Origin: Octopus sinensis
Lineage: Eukaryota
Assembly: GCF_006345805.1 (NCBI RefSeq)
Contig: NC_043009.1
Location: 36,456,001 to 36,520,000 of the forward strand
DNA: 64,000 nt
Direction of reading: 5' to 3'
In this document: in pieces, positions 50,682-63,164 of the stretch
Layout: every line of letters begins with the position of its first letter
Numbering within the stretch: the stretch's first letter is position 1
Translations under genes and position numbers: made by a program
Notes under the pieces: model-generated
Seen by the model: only the letters and a program-made list of their open reading frames with translations
What the model was told of the DNA's origin: nothing
Databases searched by the model: none

Positions 50682-51398
50682 CCCTTCAGTATTCAGCTTA
50701 CTTTGTCAGATATAATGCTTATTTATTTACATTGCTTTGAATTAGTTATGCATTATCTCACAGCTTTGAGATTTCTTTGATGTGATTGTGTATTTTTAGA
50801 ATGTTGTAGAGTAAGTGTGAGAAAAAAAAAAAAAGTAAATTACTTTCTCAAGTCATGCCAACTCACAAAGGCCAGATTTTAGGTTTCATGATGTGTATGT
50901 CCCACACCTGGACAGGATGCCAGTCCATCACAGGATTACTCATTCTTGCCATCTGAGTAGACTGGAACAACATGAAATGAAGAGTTTTGCTCAAGAACAC
51001 AATGCATTGCCTGGTCTAGGAATTGAAACCACAATCTTACAATCATGAGTCCACTACCCTAACCACTAAGCCACATGCCTCCACTAGTAGGTGTGAGAGG
51101 CTAGATCTGACTGGTTTGAACATAAAACAGGTAGAATATTTGGGCTCGATATGGCTGGTTTAACCCTTTTGTTACTAACCCGGCCAAAACCGGCTCTGGT
51201 TATGTGGTAAAATGTCTTGTTTTCATAAGTTTTGAATTGAAATCTTCCACCAAACCTTAGTCACAATTTACATTCCTAACACTAGCTTAATGATAACTAA
51301 GTTATTTTACTAAATTCTTTGTTATAGTTAAAGCAATTGAAAGAAACACAGAGCATCTCAAAATAAATATGGTAGCGAAAGGGTTAAATACTGAAGGG
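50682..51398 (-). mobile_element. piggyBac-type MITE containing a SINE and a second piggyBac-type MITE
   Basis: CCC...GGG|TTAA ends; same family as 62654-62871. The inner MITE at 51164-51383 has a TTAA TSD and CCCTTTTGTTAC/GTAGCGAAAGGG TIRs. Confidence 0.8.
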
Positions 51399-52639
51399 TT
51401 AAATTAAATTTTTTCTTCTTTTTATTCCTATACCTCCCATTTGTTAAGTAATTCCCTTCTTATCCCTCAACTCCCCTCTCACTTCATTTTCCTTCACCTC
51501 ACTCTCACCTTCACCTGCTTCTTTTCCTCATTCCATTTCTCTTTACTTCTACCTCTCTCATCCAGTTTCTCTCTCCCACCACTTCTTTTATATGTATGAA
51601 AATCTCATGATCCTGTGCCCCCTATCAGTTGCAGCCAAGTTTTTCTAACTTAAAGGATGTAAAATTCTACTGGTTTCTCTTTAATTTCTCTCCTGTCAAC
51701 TTTCTCTGAAGAAGGACTGTTCAAAACATTGGATTTTCCACTCCCCAAGGCAAATCCTCTTTCTTCTTTTTGTTAATTTTCATATATATTTATATATGTA
51801 TGTTTATATGTATGTGTGTGTGTGCACATACATATTTAAGTAAGGTATAGTATTCATGAATTCATATACTCCTGGACCACATACATACAAGCAGGTTGGA
51901 AAGTAAATAAGGTGATTCTAAGTAGTACTGAGCACATCAGCTGTAATCTGCCATAAGATTCTGGTGTTTTCCTCCTTTATCTTTCCTTTGTCTCTCAATT
52001 TCAAATGATGATTTAAAATCTTAGGTGTGGTTTCACCAAAGTCTCAAAAATTATTGGAAGAACATTTGGGACAGGAGGCATTTTCTTTCCAAGCTGTAGT
52101 GCATCATTCAGTCTATTATTAACTATTAGAACAAAATATTTCTTTTCCTCTACAGCGTCAAGGTTATGTTCTTTTGTTAGTTAAGATTATTTTGGATTGC
52201 TTAAGCTAAAATATAAGCAAACATAAAGATAAATGATACCAATTAGACATTCTTTATGTGTCTGACCTTTTCAAAATAGTTGCCAAATCTTCCTCTGCTC
52301 ACACCACACCATCTTTTAGAAAGCGGTAAGACACATTGCACAGTGTAGTCTTAGATAGCATTCCCCACCTCAAAAACAACAGGTTGGTCATGTCTGAGAG
52401 GAATCATAGGCCTGCTCAATGAGAGTCAGCCCAGTGCTAAACAACAACAACAACAACAATAACACTGATGTTTACTACACATCATTTAAGCACTTTCAAT
52501 GTCATCCACCCTAATGTTGATGCTAAGGGGGAGCCACTTGTACTTTTAATAGTGCTGGTTGAAATAATGGTATTTAGTGACCTTTGTGGTGATGGTGGCA
52601 GCCATAATTATGGTCAGATTGCAGTGATGACATGGCAGA

Positions 52640-53010
52640 ATGTGATGTGGTGGTGGTGGTGGTGCCATTGATGTTGGTGATGAAGGAGATGGTGGTGAGG
52701 GAGATGTTGGTGTTATGATAATAACAGTGTTTTGGTGATGAGTTGTGACGGTGGAAATGAAGGTGATGTTAGGAGTGATGTTATTTCTGTTGTTGTTGTT
52801 GTTTTTGCGGTGGTGGTGGTGGTGGTGGTGGTGGTAACGGTGAAGTTGATGATGATTGTAGTATTGATTTGTTATGTATTTTTGGTAGTGGTGATGGTGT
52901 GGCTGTTGTGTTGTCAGTGGTGCTAGTTTAAATGATGAGGTGGTGGTAATGATAATTGTTTTAATATTGTTTGTGATAGTGGAGATGTTTGTTGATGTTA
53001 TTGTCATTAT
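52640..53010. repeat. Low-complexity TGG/TGA/TTG trinucleotide mosaic
   Basis: Read directly from the sequence; it explains the His/Thr/Val-rich ORFs. Confidence 0.9.
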
Positions 53011-53122
53011 TTAATACCTTGTCAGCTCTGATCAGTGTGTATAATTAAGGATGCTCCAAACATGTTCATGCCATCTTTTTTTCATACATGTTTCTAATAC
53101 TGGTGGAGTTCTGGTTTAAATA

Positions 53123-53539
53123 CCCCATATAACCCCTCATAACTTTTTTTTTTATTTTTGGGAATTTTCAGAATTTATACAATTATGCAAAAGCCAGAAA
53201 AAAAAATTTTGTGTATGATTTAAGGGTTATTTACCCATTATTTTTAGCATATCTAATGACAACCTGATACCTTCCTCATTTCTTTGTCTCTCTGACATAT
53301 TGATGTTTTTCAATGTGTTTCTCCCCATAAAGAAATTTAATGGTCCATTGCCAGGATTTAAGCAAAAAAATTTGGACTGTCTGTATTTTAAACCCTGATT
53401 TAAAAAAAAAAATTAATTTTAAAAATTACAAAAAGATATTTTTTTCATAATTGTATGAATTCCTGTGTGTAGAACACAAATACACAAATATTTTCAGAAA
53501 ATTCCAAAAGATAAAAAAGTTATGAGGTGTTATATGAGG
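53123..53539. mobile_element. MITE with about 50-70 bp imperfect TIRs
   Basis: CCCCATATAACCCCTCATAACTTTTTT...GGAATTTTCAGAA pairs with ...TTCAGAAAATTCCAAAAGATAAAAAAGTTATGAGGTGTTATATGAGG. Confidence 0.75.
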
Positions 53540-56007
53540 AACAGAATTCTGCTCATATTATGTTATATTATCAATATGTCATTCGTTTAAGATAGTAATG
53601 AATGATTTGAGAAGTGTTTGACTGCTATTTCTAGCAGTTCACTTGACCACACAGAAGCATTGTTCAATCCACTTGCTCATTGGATTAATGTAGAAGTGGC
53701 TGAGTACATTAAGGATACTCAGCTATGGATAATACCCTTGATATAATCCTCAGGCAGAATCATTGTGATTCAGTGAATGAGAAAGCTGGGCCTTTAAATT
53801 TCAGGTACAATCCACCTGAAGGGCTTCTACACAGTTTCCATCTAACCAATTTTACTCACAAGATATAGGTCATATGGGTCAACTGGAGGCTATGGTAAAA
53901 GACACTTGGCCAAGATGCTATGCCGTTAGATTGAACTGGGAACAAAAACATATTTCTTAAACTTTCGTAAATGCTGTGCCTGGCTGAGTAGATTTATGCT
54001 CCAAGGCATTCCAACCATGACCATCCTGTCATTTTCATATATGCAGAAAACCCAGGATCACATTGTCATTGTGTAGGGTATTACTTGAGGGACATGTGGT
54101 TTGTTATTTCTAGCAGATTGAGTGACTACATAGTGACTCCCACAATGGGGGAGTACATTGTTGTTGTTGTTGGTGGTGGTGGTGGTGGTGGTGGGGGTCA
54201 ATAAAAATGAGAAAAATGAATCCTTCTGACAAAATTACATAGTTTAACGATTGACCTTCTCTACTTATGTTCCCCACCTTCAACCTTTCATAATAATCTT
54301 TACTCTCAAAATATAGGTTGTCCATTCTAGGACATGGCCCTCCCAACAACCCAATTCTACTCTCCCCCATCTGATTGCTCTGCTCTCTCTCCCTCTCTCT
54401 TATTCATTCTCTCTCCCTCTCCATATCCCCCCCACTTCATATTTCCCTCCTTGTATTTGGCCTGTACAACTTCATAAATTATACCTCCTACTTTCCTTCC
54501 CTGCATCTATTATCCGCTATCTTTCTTCTCTTTCTCTCTCTCTCTCTTTCCTTTATCTTCCATAAATTTCAACCCCTAACCTCTGCCATCCTTCATTACA
54601 CTTTCCTCTCAACTCTTACTTTACTCTCATTCAGTCTCTCTCTCTCTTTCCCTCTCTCTCTCTCCCCCCTCTCTCCCTGCTCTTACTGTTCTTTACTTTC
54701 CTATCTCACCTCTTCTTATTTTCATTCTCTCCTTCTTTCTCTCCTCATTTCTCTCTCCCTCTCATTTTCTCTTCAATCTCCTTTACCTGCAATAACACTT
54801 ATATATTCTCTCCTTTCTCTTTCTTAATTTCCCATTTTCTCTTTCTCCCACTGATTTAGAAAAAAAAACGCTATAAAAGCTAATGAACAACACAAAACAA
54901 ATTTATAAACTGGCCCACTTCAAAGCAATTTGTTGTAGTTATGATTGCTGTTTCTATAAATCTTATCATCATCATCATCATCATCATCAGTCTATTTTCC
55001 ACACTGATGTGGTTAGACAAGTCTCAGAGCATCTTGCCAACCATTTGTTGTGGTCATCCACCACTTGCTACATAAAACCACATGGAAATCCTACCAACTT
55101 AGTTTTCGTGTATATCATCATCATTTAACATCTGTTTTCCATGCTGGCATGGGTTGGATGGTTTGATAGGAGCTGGTAAAGCTGGGGGCCACACCGGGCT
55201 CTATTATCTGTTCTGGCATGGCTTCTATGTCTGAATACCCTTGCTAATGCCAACCACTTTACAGAGTGTGTTAGGTGCTTTTATGTGGCACTAGCACCAG
55301 TGCTTTTTATATGGCAACAGCACTACTATCAGTTCTGCTGTGGTGGATGGGTCTTCTTGAGAACAGCAAGGCCCTTCATATCACAATCCCCTGTCATCTC
55401 CTTCATAAGGCTCAGTGTCTTGAAATCAGCCTTCAATACTTAGCCCCATGTCTTCCTGGGTTTCCCTCTTCCACAAGTTCCTTCGAATTATGTGTATATA
55501 TTTTTTTCATAGGTGGGGAGTGGGCATAGATTCTTGTATGCCCTTCCTGTCCATAATTATTTAATTATAAATTATTGTTTGGTATTGGCGGAAAGGTTTG
55601 GTAGAATGTTGAAGAAAACGTCTGACATTGAATTATGCTTCTTTATATTTTTGAGTCAAATCTTGCTAATGTTAACATTCCCTTTATCCTTTCGGGGATT
55701 GATATAGTAAGTACCAGTGAAGCACTGGGATTGATATAATCAACTATAACCTGTGGTGCTCCCTCTAAAAAAACACATTCTGCTCTGTGCCTTTATTAGG
55801 AATCACTGCTTTTATGAGCAGACATTTTTTAACTCACTGCAGAGAAAATTGGATTTAGCATGGTTTACTTGATGGAAAGCAAGTTTTTACTTTCTTGTTA
55901 ACAAGATACTAAGAAATGTTTGAATATCACCCCCATCTCCTTATGCTTTTTCTTTAGGCATATTTCATATTTTATAATCTATGAACATTTCCTTATTTAT
56001 GTTTTAA

Positions 56008-57157
56008 CTAGCAGTAATACTCATTGTTGATCGGGTTAATTTATTCCTCCTGTATGTGTGTATTTTTATAAGAGAAAAACATGTAATAATTGAACCAGAA
56101 AAAAGATCAATTTCATACATGAACTTCTGTTTGTTTATTATATGATAATAATGAGTTGTATGTGTTATTTTATTTATCAATACTATAATGACAATTATAT
56201 AATACAGTTCATTTAAATAGGTAATTTAATCATTCTTGAATGTTATAATAGTAATGACAAATTAAGTTATTGAAGTATTCATATTGCATTAAAAGTGAAT
56301 AGGCAAAAAGTTTTGTCTTTCATCCCACACATGATGCTCCTCCATAAGTTGGCCATGTGAAAAGCATGGCTCTTCAAGTTGCGATCCAGCAACTTTTAGT
56401 ATTTGGCCCTGACTTTTATTAATGCTCATGACATAAGAAAGTGAGATAGGAAACTGTAACCGCTTAAATTGGAATGGGACATTAGATGGTATAACCGGTA
56501 TGTGAGGAATGAAGACAGTGTCACCTTTACCACAACCAGTGAGAATATTTGCCTCAATGCAGTTCATCATAAGTTTGTGCACATTTAATTTTGTACCATT
56601 GTATAATTTTGGTTGAGACAAATTATGCAATAACATAATAGGAATCTCTTTTCTCAAGTGAAGACAATGAGGAACTGTACCTGGTAGTTCTAGTGAGTTC
56701 AAAAATTCAATGGGGTAGTTAACAATATCCTGATCATCAACAACATTGTCAATTGAGTTATCAAAGCTATGTACAGCAACATTTTTTGGAGTCAAGATAG
56801 CTCGCTCACAGATCCAATTTGTATTGTTGTAATTATGAAAAAGATTAGGAAAGATTTCATCCACCAAATCATCAATGGAATCATATTGGATTGAGTGTAA
56901 GAAACTGTTCTTCATCAATTGGAAGTCTCCCTTCACTGAGTTTCAAAAGCTGCTCTGCAAATAAGTTCAGCTGATTGATGTCTTGAAAGCCTTGATCTCA
57001 TATAATAATTGAAGTAGAAAAAAGATCAACTTCATACATGAACTTCTGTTTGTTTATTATGACAATAATAAGTGAGCTGTATATGTTATATTTATGAATA
57101 CAGTAATGGTAATTATATGAACAGTCCATTTAAATAGGTAATTTACTCATTCTTGAA
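56008..57157 (-). mobile_element. Helitron 3' portion with a PIF1-like helicase fragment
   Basis: ORF 56289-56936: ERAILTPKN, YPIEFLNSL, LYNGTKL, FKRLQFPISLSYVMSINKSQGQ and PCFSHGQL. 3' end ...ACTGCTAG|T at 56008. Direct repeats of about 155 bp at 56084-56240 and 57003-57157. Confidence 0.88.
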
Positions 57158-57649
57158 GAACTTCGTGCTTCAAATGTTCAGCAAGATCATTTCTGAACTT
57201 ATTCCACGTTTAACAGGATTACCTACTTCTTAATTTTTTAGAATAATAGCAAAAAGACATCTTAAACAGCAAACTAATTAACTGCTATAAATTCTATATT
57301 GGTGATAATTAAGAGTGGAGGTTGTATATGTTTATGTGTGACAAAGACACAGTTTGTATCTTTACCTCTTGGTTATCAATTTAAGACCTTGATAGATATT
57401 GAAAGTTTGAAAAAGTGACAGAAATAACGTCCATAATAATAATATTAGTTTCTAATTTTGGTACAAGGTCAGTGATTATATGAGGAGGGTGTTAGTTAAT
57501 TCTAGTATTTGACTGTTGTTTTATTTTATTGACCTCCAGAGGAATGAATGACCTCTGTGAGATTTGAACTCAGAATGTAAAGAGTGGAAGAAAAATACTA
57601 CAAGCACTTTTTCCAAAAGCATTTCTGCTAATCAAACAACTCACTGTCA

Positions 57650-57679
57650 TTATCATTATTATAATCATCATCATCATCA

Positions 57680-57732
<53 letters not shown>

Positions 57733-57805
57733 GCTGCTGTTGTTGTTATTGTTGTTGTTGTTATTGTTATTATTGTTGTTGTTATTATTATTAATATTAT
57801 TATTA
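57650..57805. repeat. (ATC)n(ATT)n(GTT)n compound microsatellite
   Basis: Read directly from the sequence. Confidence 0.9.
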
Positions 57806-58199
57806 AGGTGGTGAGCTGACAGAATTGTTAGCAGGCTGGGCAAATTGCTTAGCATGTCATCTGTCTTTATGTTCTGAGTTCAAATTCCACCGAGGTCGAC
57901 TTTGCTTTTCATCCTTTCAGGGTTGATAAAATAAATACCAGTCGAGCAATGGAGTCGACGTAATTTACTAGTTCCCTACCCCAAAAATTTCAGCCCTTGT
58001 ACCTATAATAGAAAGGATTATTATTATTATAATTATAATGATTTTTTTTTCTACTATAGGCACAAAGCCTGAAATTTTGGGGGAAGGTGCTAGTTGATTA
58101 CATCAACCTCAGTATGTGATAACATCAATATTTATACAGTGCAGAGAGATCACACCACTTGCAACAGCTGACTATGAAATGATGAAAGACTATAATAAT

Positions 58200-59170
58200 A
58201 ATAAGTGATGCTGTAATTTTCTTCAAGCTAAAACACTGCAAATGAAAAAGTAGAAAAATATCTCAAAATACATTGATTAAAGAGTAGAAATATCAATAAT
58301 GAGGGGATGTCCAGCAGTAAAAGTGAAATTTATACCAATTCTCATTAGAACATGAGATTTAATCCCCAAAAAACTATCATATTGTCTAGACTGGTTGCAC
58401 GATGAAAGAAATGTGAGTGTTCCAAAATCTGCCTTTCTTGGAATGTGTTATATTCTTAGAAAGGTACTTTTGCTTTAAGGCCTTTTGTTAAAGCTTAACA
58501 GGAAGAAAAACCCAACAAAATGCAGTATTTTATATCCATTCTCTTTGATGGAATGATAATAAAAGTAGTTTTCTTTACCATTAAACAATGACAAAAACAT
58601 TGGGAATAAATCCAACAAGGCTGATATTGTTATCAATGATATGAAGGACAGGAAGTGCCTAATTCTCAAATTATGAAATACCTTCCTGAAGAAACATTTC
58701 TATTCAAAGAGAAACTAGAGATGGAAATCAGCAGGATGTAGAATATGAAAAGTGAAATAATACCACTGGTCATTGGGGCACTGGAATTTACATAGAAGGG
58801 AATGTGAAAGTTCATCAACCATATCCTGGACAACATCGGTATTTAGGCGGCGAGCTGGCAGAAACGTTAGCACGCCAGGCGAAATGCTTAGCGGTATTTC
58901 GTCTGCGTTACGTTGTGAGTTCAAATTCTGCCGAGGTCGACTTTGCCTTTCATCCTTTCGGGGTCGATAAATTAAGTACCAGTTACGCACTGGGGTCGAT
59001 GTAATCGACTTAATACTTATGTCTGTCCTTGTTTGTCCCCTCTGTGTTTAGCCCGTTGTGGGTAATAAAGAAATAGGTATTTAGGTAGTCCAGAAAGATC
59101 ACACTACTTGGAACAACTGATAAAGTGTTGCCAATCAAGTGATATCTTCTCTATAGTACCACTGGCCCAT
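58200..59170 (+). mobile_element. Two decayed RLE-type (R4/Dong-like) LINE 3' ends, the second split by a SINE
   Basis: Remnants SVPKSAFLGMCYILRKVL, NKADIVINDMKDRKCLI, IIPLVIGAL and VVQKITLLGT; SINE at 58838-59075. Confidence 0.6.
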
Positions 59171-59558
59171 AGTCTGGACCTGGTCCTATAAAATATATTA
59201 CACAAAATAAAAAAGAAACAGTAGTAATAACAAGGGTTTCTTATTTAAGCATGATTTAAAAGGGATGGATGAACTCAGAATGTAAAGAGCTGTAATTAAA
59301 TGCTGCTAAGCATAGTTTCCAATACTCTAATAATTATGCGAAATAATAATGAAGGCTGTGATGATGTGAAAGTGAAGATTGTGATGATAATATTTTCATT
59401 GGCGTTGAAAATGAGAGTAATGGTGATAATGATTATAATGAAGGCGGCAATAATGGAAATAATGATAATTTTGATGATGATCATGATGATGTTTTATTAT
59501 TTCCTTCTTTTTAATCTCTTATAATAGGTCCATATATTACATCTGCTGACCCAAAGTG

Positions 59559-59634
59559 ATGGAAGTACAAACTACACAGTTTAAAAGATCAATCCTTGTC
59601 GATGGAGTCATTGACTTCACTGCTGGGACGGCAG
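59559..59634 (+). CDS. SLC25A15: Mitochondrial ornithine carrier, first coding exon
   Basis: MEVQTTQFKRSILVDGVIDFTAGTA-G, then a phase-1 GTAAGA donor at 59635. A polypyrimidine tract and AG acceptor at 59527 show that an upstream non-coding exon exists. IDxTAGxAG matches the ORNT1 N-terminus. Confidence 0.88.
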
Positions 59635-59835
59635 GTAAGATTAAAGCCGCCTTCATTCCTCACTTGCATCTCAGTGGTGCTTGCTTGTTTATTATTTCTT
59701 TTTTTGTACCTTTAAGGTATGATGCGGTACAAGGATTTACCTCCTCCTGAGCTCTTAGTTTGTATACCTTTACTCTTTTTTGTCAGCTGAACTGCCATTA
59801 TACATCCAATAGATCATACTCAGCCCATTCTTATA

Positions 59836-59880
<45 letters not shown>

Positions 59881-59911
59881 ATAATTTAGAACAAACAATA
59901 AAAGGTTGTCT

Positions 59912-59975
59912 TTATGGTACTCAGAGTTTCGAATGCTGGAGCAAAGAGCTACAATGCATTCTCATTGACTATTAA
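59912..59975 (-). ncRNA. Degenerate hammerhead-like relic in the SLC25A15 intron (antisense)
   Basis: TCAATGA-GAATGC-19nt-GCATTC-GAAA-CTCTGAG-TA. Perfect 6-bp helix II, intact GAAA and GUA, but three transitions in CUG. Confidence 0.35.
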
Positions 59976-60937
59976 TAGCGACAGACACTATGAAAAAAAA
60001 AAAAACGGTGAATAAAAGGGAAGTTACTCTAATAGGTATAAAACAAAAAAAAGAAAAAAGATAAAAAATACACGCAACCTTATTCTCACAATACATAGAC
60101 ATAAACCTCCTGCGTTCATATCTACATATGTACACATTCACACAAACATGTATATGAACATACACACACACATGTGTGTATGTGTATATATATATATATG
60201 AGCTCAATCCCTATACTGAACTGTACAAAGTGATGATGCATCATAAACAACTTTGGATAAGTTCTTCACCCCTCAAGCTAATGTTTATGATAATGAACTA
60301 TCAGATTTTTAAATATTGTCCCTCATCCTCCTAGAAACACTCATTCCACCACCACCCCTCACAATAGTCAACGTCTGTGGTAAGAATGTACTCTTATGAT
60401 ATTATGATTCTTATTTGGAAAAATTTTAGATAGTAATGTTTCCTGCATTTTCTATATGGAGACAGGAAGAGCATCTGTCCATAAATATTCTACCGCAACA
60501 AATTCTGGATGTTAAGTAAGGATGATGATATGTGTGCATTGGGGTGCATGTGTGTATTTATGTATGTATGCAAATGTGTAAAAATTAGAGATGCATTGCC
60601 CGAACCAGAAACTCAAGGAGTTACTTAAAGATATTGTAAGCTCTTCTCTTTATAACGACTAAAGCCATTGCAATGTTGGAAACCCTTTTGTATCTTTAGT
60701 AAGTATATCTGGATCTCAAGCAGTTGTCTACCTGAATAGAGCAGCTAGAGCTTACCTAGAACTGACCTAGCTATCCAGCCATCTATCTATCTCTTTCCAT
60801 TTATCTATCTACCAGTCTATGTGTCTGTCCATCAGTCCGTTTGTCCATCCATCCACCACCCACCTGTCTGTGCATTTATTTATTTATATATGTATTTATC
60901 TATTTACCAATCTACCTTTTCTCTTCTATACTTCCAG

Positions 60938-61325
60938 GTGGGATTGCCAATGTTTACATCGGTCAGCCACTAGACACAGTCAAAGTGAAGATGCAGACGT
61001 TTCCAACCATGTACAGAAATGGTCTCCACTGTTTCACCGACACTTTCAAAAAGGATGGCATTGTTAGGGGCCTCTATGCTGGTACCGGGCCTTCCCTTGT
61101 GGCAAATATTTCGGAAAATGCTATTCTCTTCTTGTTCTATGGATTTTGCCAGAAGGCAATTGCTCTTGTTACAAAACATAAGAAGGTGGAAGATTTATCA
61201 CCTATTCACAATGCATTTGCTGGAAGTGGTGCTGCCTTTTTCTGTGCATTTGCACTTTGTCCTACAGAACTTGTCAAATGTCGCCTGCAGGCCATGCGTG
61301 AAATGAAAGGGGGTGCCAGAACAGT
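60938..61325 (+). CDS. SLC25A15: Mitochondrial ornithine carrier, second coding exon
   Basis: Acceptor CTTCCAG|; (G)GIANVYIGQPLDTVKVKMQTFP...ANISENAILFLFYGFCQK...LCPTELVKCRLQ with two Px[D/E]xxKx[K/R] carrier signatures. Phase is consistent with exon 1; GTATGT donor at 61326. Later exons lie beyond the window. Confidence 0.95.
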
Positions 61326-62653
61326 GTATGTCCATTGTCAATACTTGAAATTTTCTTATTCAGTCTTTTTTTAACATTTTTCTCCTCTTTTTATTGTTTT
61401 ATTTTCTTGCTGTTTAACCTCAGACCATGATCAGAGATTCATGATCAAAGGTGTTCCAGCTTAAATGATACCTCCTTTTCTTACATCAAGGATTATATTG
61501 TTCAGTGTGTCTTTTTCTTATTTTCTTATGCCCTTCTTATTTCCAAGCAATGTAATAATACCCCAGTCTATCAAATAACAAACAGTCCAGACATGGTTAT
61601 GTGGAGAACTGGAAACAAATAGCACCATATGTGTAGCCCTTTTGTTACCTTTTGTTTACAGTCAGCATACAGTTGGACAAGGGAGAATATGAACTTAGAC
61701 GAATACACATACATACATATATTCATATACATGCATACACACACATCGTCATCATCATCATCATCATCATCATCATCTTTTAAAGTCCGTTTTCCATGCT
61801 GCCATGGTTTGGACAGTTTAACCAGAGCTGGCAAGCTGGAAAGCTGCACCAGATTTCAGTCTGATTTGGTTTGCCCTTCTTAATACCAACCCCTTTACAA
61901 TGTGTGCTGGGTGCTTTCAACATGCCATCACCACAAGTGTTTTTACATGCCATCGGTGCTTTTTACATGGCACCAGTACAGGACTCTTACAGACCAATCC
62001 TCATCATCAGGGAATACTTCTGCTATGGAAGATGGATCTTCTTGAGTACGGCAAGTCACCAGGTGTCTCAGTCCTTTCTTATCTCATCCAAAAAATTCAA
62101 GATTCTGTGGTTGTCCTTCAGTACTTCATCCCATGTCTTCCTGAATCTCCCTCTTCCATAAGTTTCATCCACTTTAAGTGAACAGCACTTCTTGATGGAG
62201 CTGTCAGCATCCATCTGCATCACATGGCCAAACCAGCTCAGTCTTCTCTCTTGCACACTGCACCAAACTTCTCTTATGCCTAAATTCTCTCGCAATATAC
62301 TAAAACTCTGTGACTGTATTGTAGGGTTGGTGTGAGAGGCCAGACCTGGCCAATTTGAACCCAAAACAAGTAGAAGCTTTAGGCTGGATATAGTTCTTTT
62401 AAAATAATAAAGGATAATGTAATCTTAGACGCTCTGTATCTGAACAGAAGGTGGAATGGTCATGGCTGGAATGACTTTGATCATAGGTCTACTCAATCAA
62501 GACTTATCTACAGCTAAAGAGCCCAACACAATTAAAAATGTGTAATAGGAATAAAATAGAAATTTCTTTTCAAATGTTTTACAGAAGGACACCTCTGATC
62601 AGGTAAATCTATGATTAAAAGGTGATCCAGTCATGACCATCTTGTCATTTTAA

Positions 62654-62871
62654 CCCTTTAGCATTTAAACCAGCCATATCCAGCCCAAACATTCCACATG
62701 TTCTATGTTCAAATTGGCCAGATCTGGTCTCTTGTACCTATCCTACACTGCCATTCCAAAAGTAAACAATCACATCATCAAAATTTCAAAACTATGAGGT
62801 AATGTATGATTAATTCAAAACTGTGAATAAATAAGCATTACATTTGATAGAATAATCTGAATGCTAAAGAG
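62654..62871 (+). mobile_element. piggyBac-type MITE with TTAA TSD
   Basis: TTAA|CCCTTTAGCATT ... AATGCTAAAGAG|TTAA. Confidence 0.85.
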
Positions 62872-63112
62872 TTAAGAGGATAGAGAACTAAGAGATATAG
62901 ATTTACTGGAACCACAGTTGGGTTGGATATGAATAAGAGATAGATGTACTCACCATATGTGGTTTGGCTCTTTGTCTGGCGCTGATGTCTTCAGTTAGGG
63001 TTAAATTCATTTGCCAAATCATAGTCTCTCACCTTAAACTTCTCAATTTCTGGAGGTGACATTTTGTAAATCTACTGAACACACGTACGCACGCACGCAC
63101 ACACGCACACGC

Positions 63113-63164
<52 letters not shown>

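Noticed and set aside
51700-51735. CTGAAGA-A-GGAC...AAAACATT in a PLE-tail-like context
   Set aside because: Needs several assumed mutations and has a weak helix II; not counted.
54110-54370. ORF with DNLYFES and HHHHHHH, resembling a TEV site and His tag
   Set aside because: The His run comes from a natural (GGT)n microsatellite and the TEV-like match is inexact; no vector or codon-optimised context.
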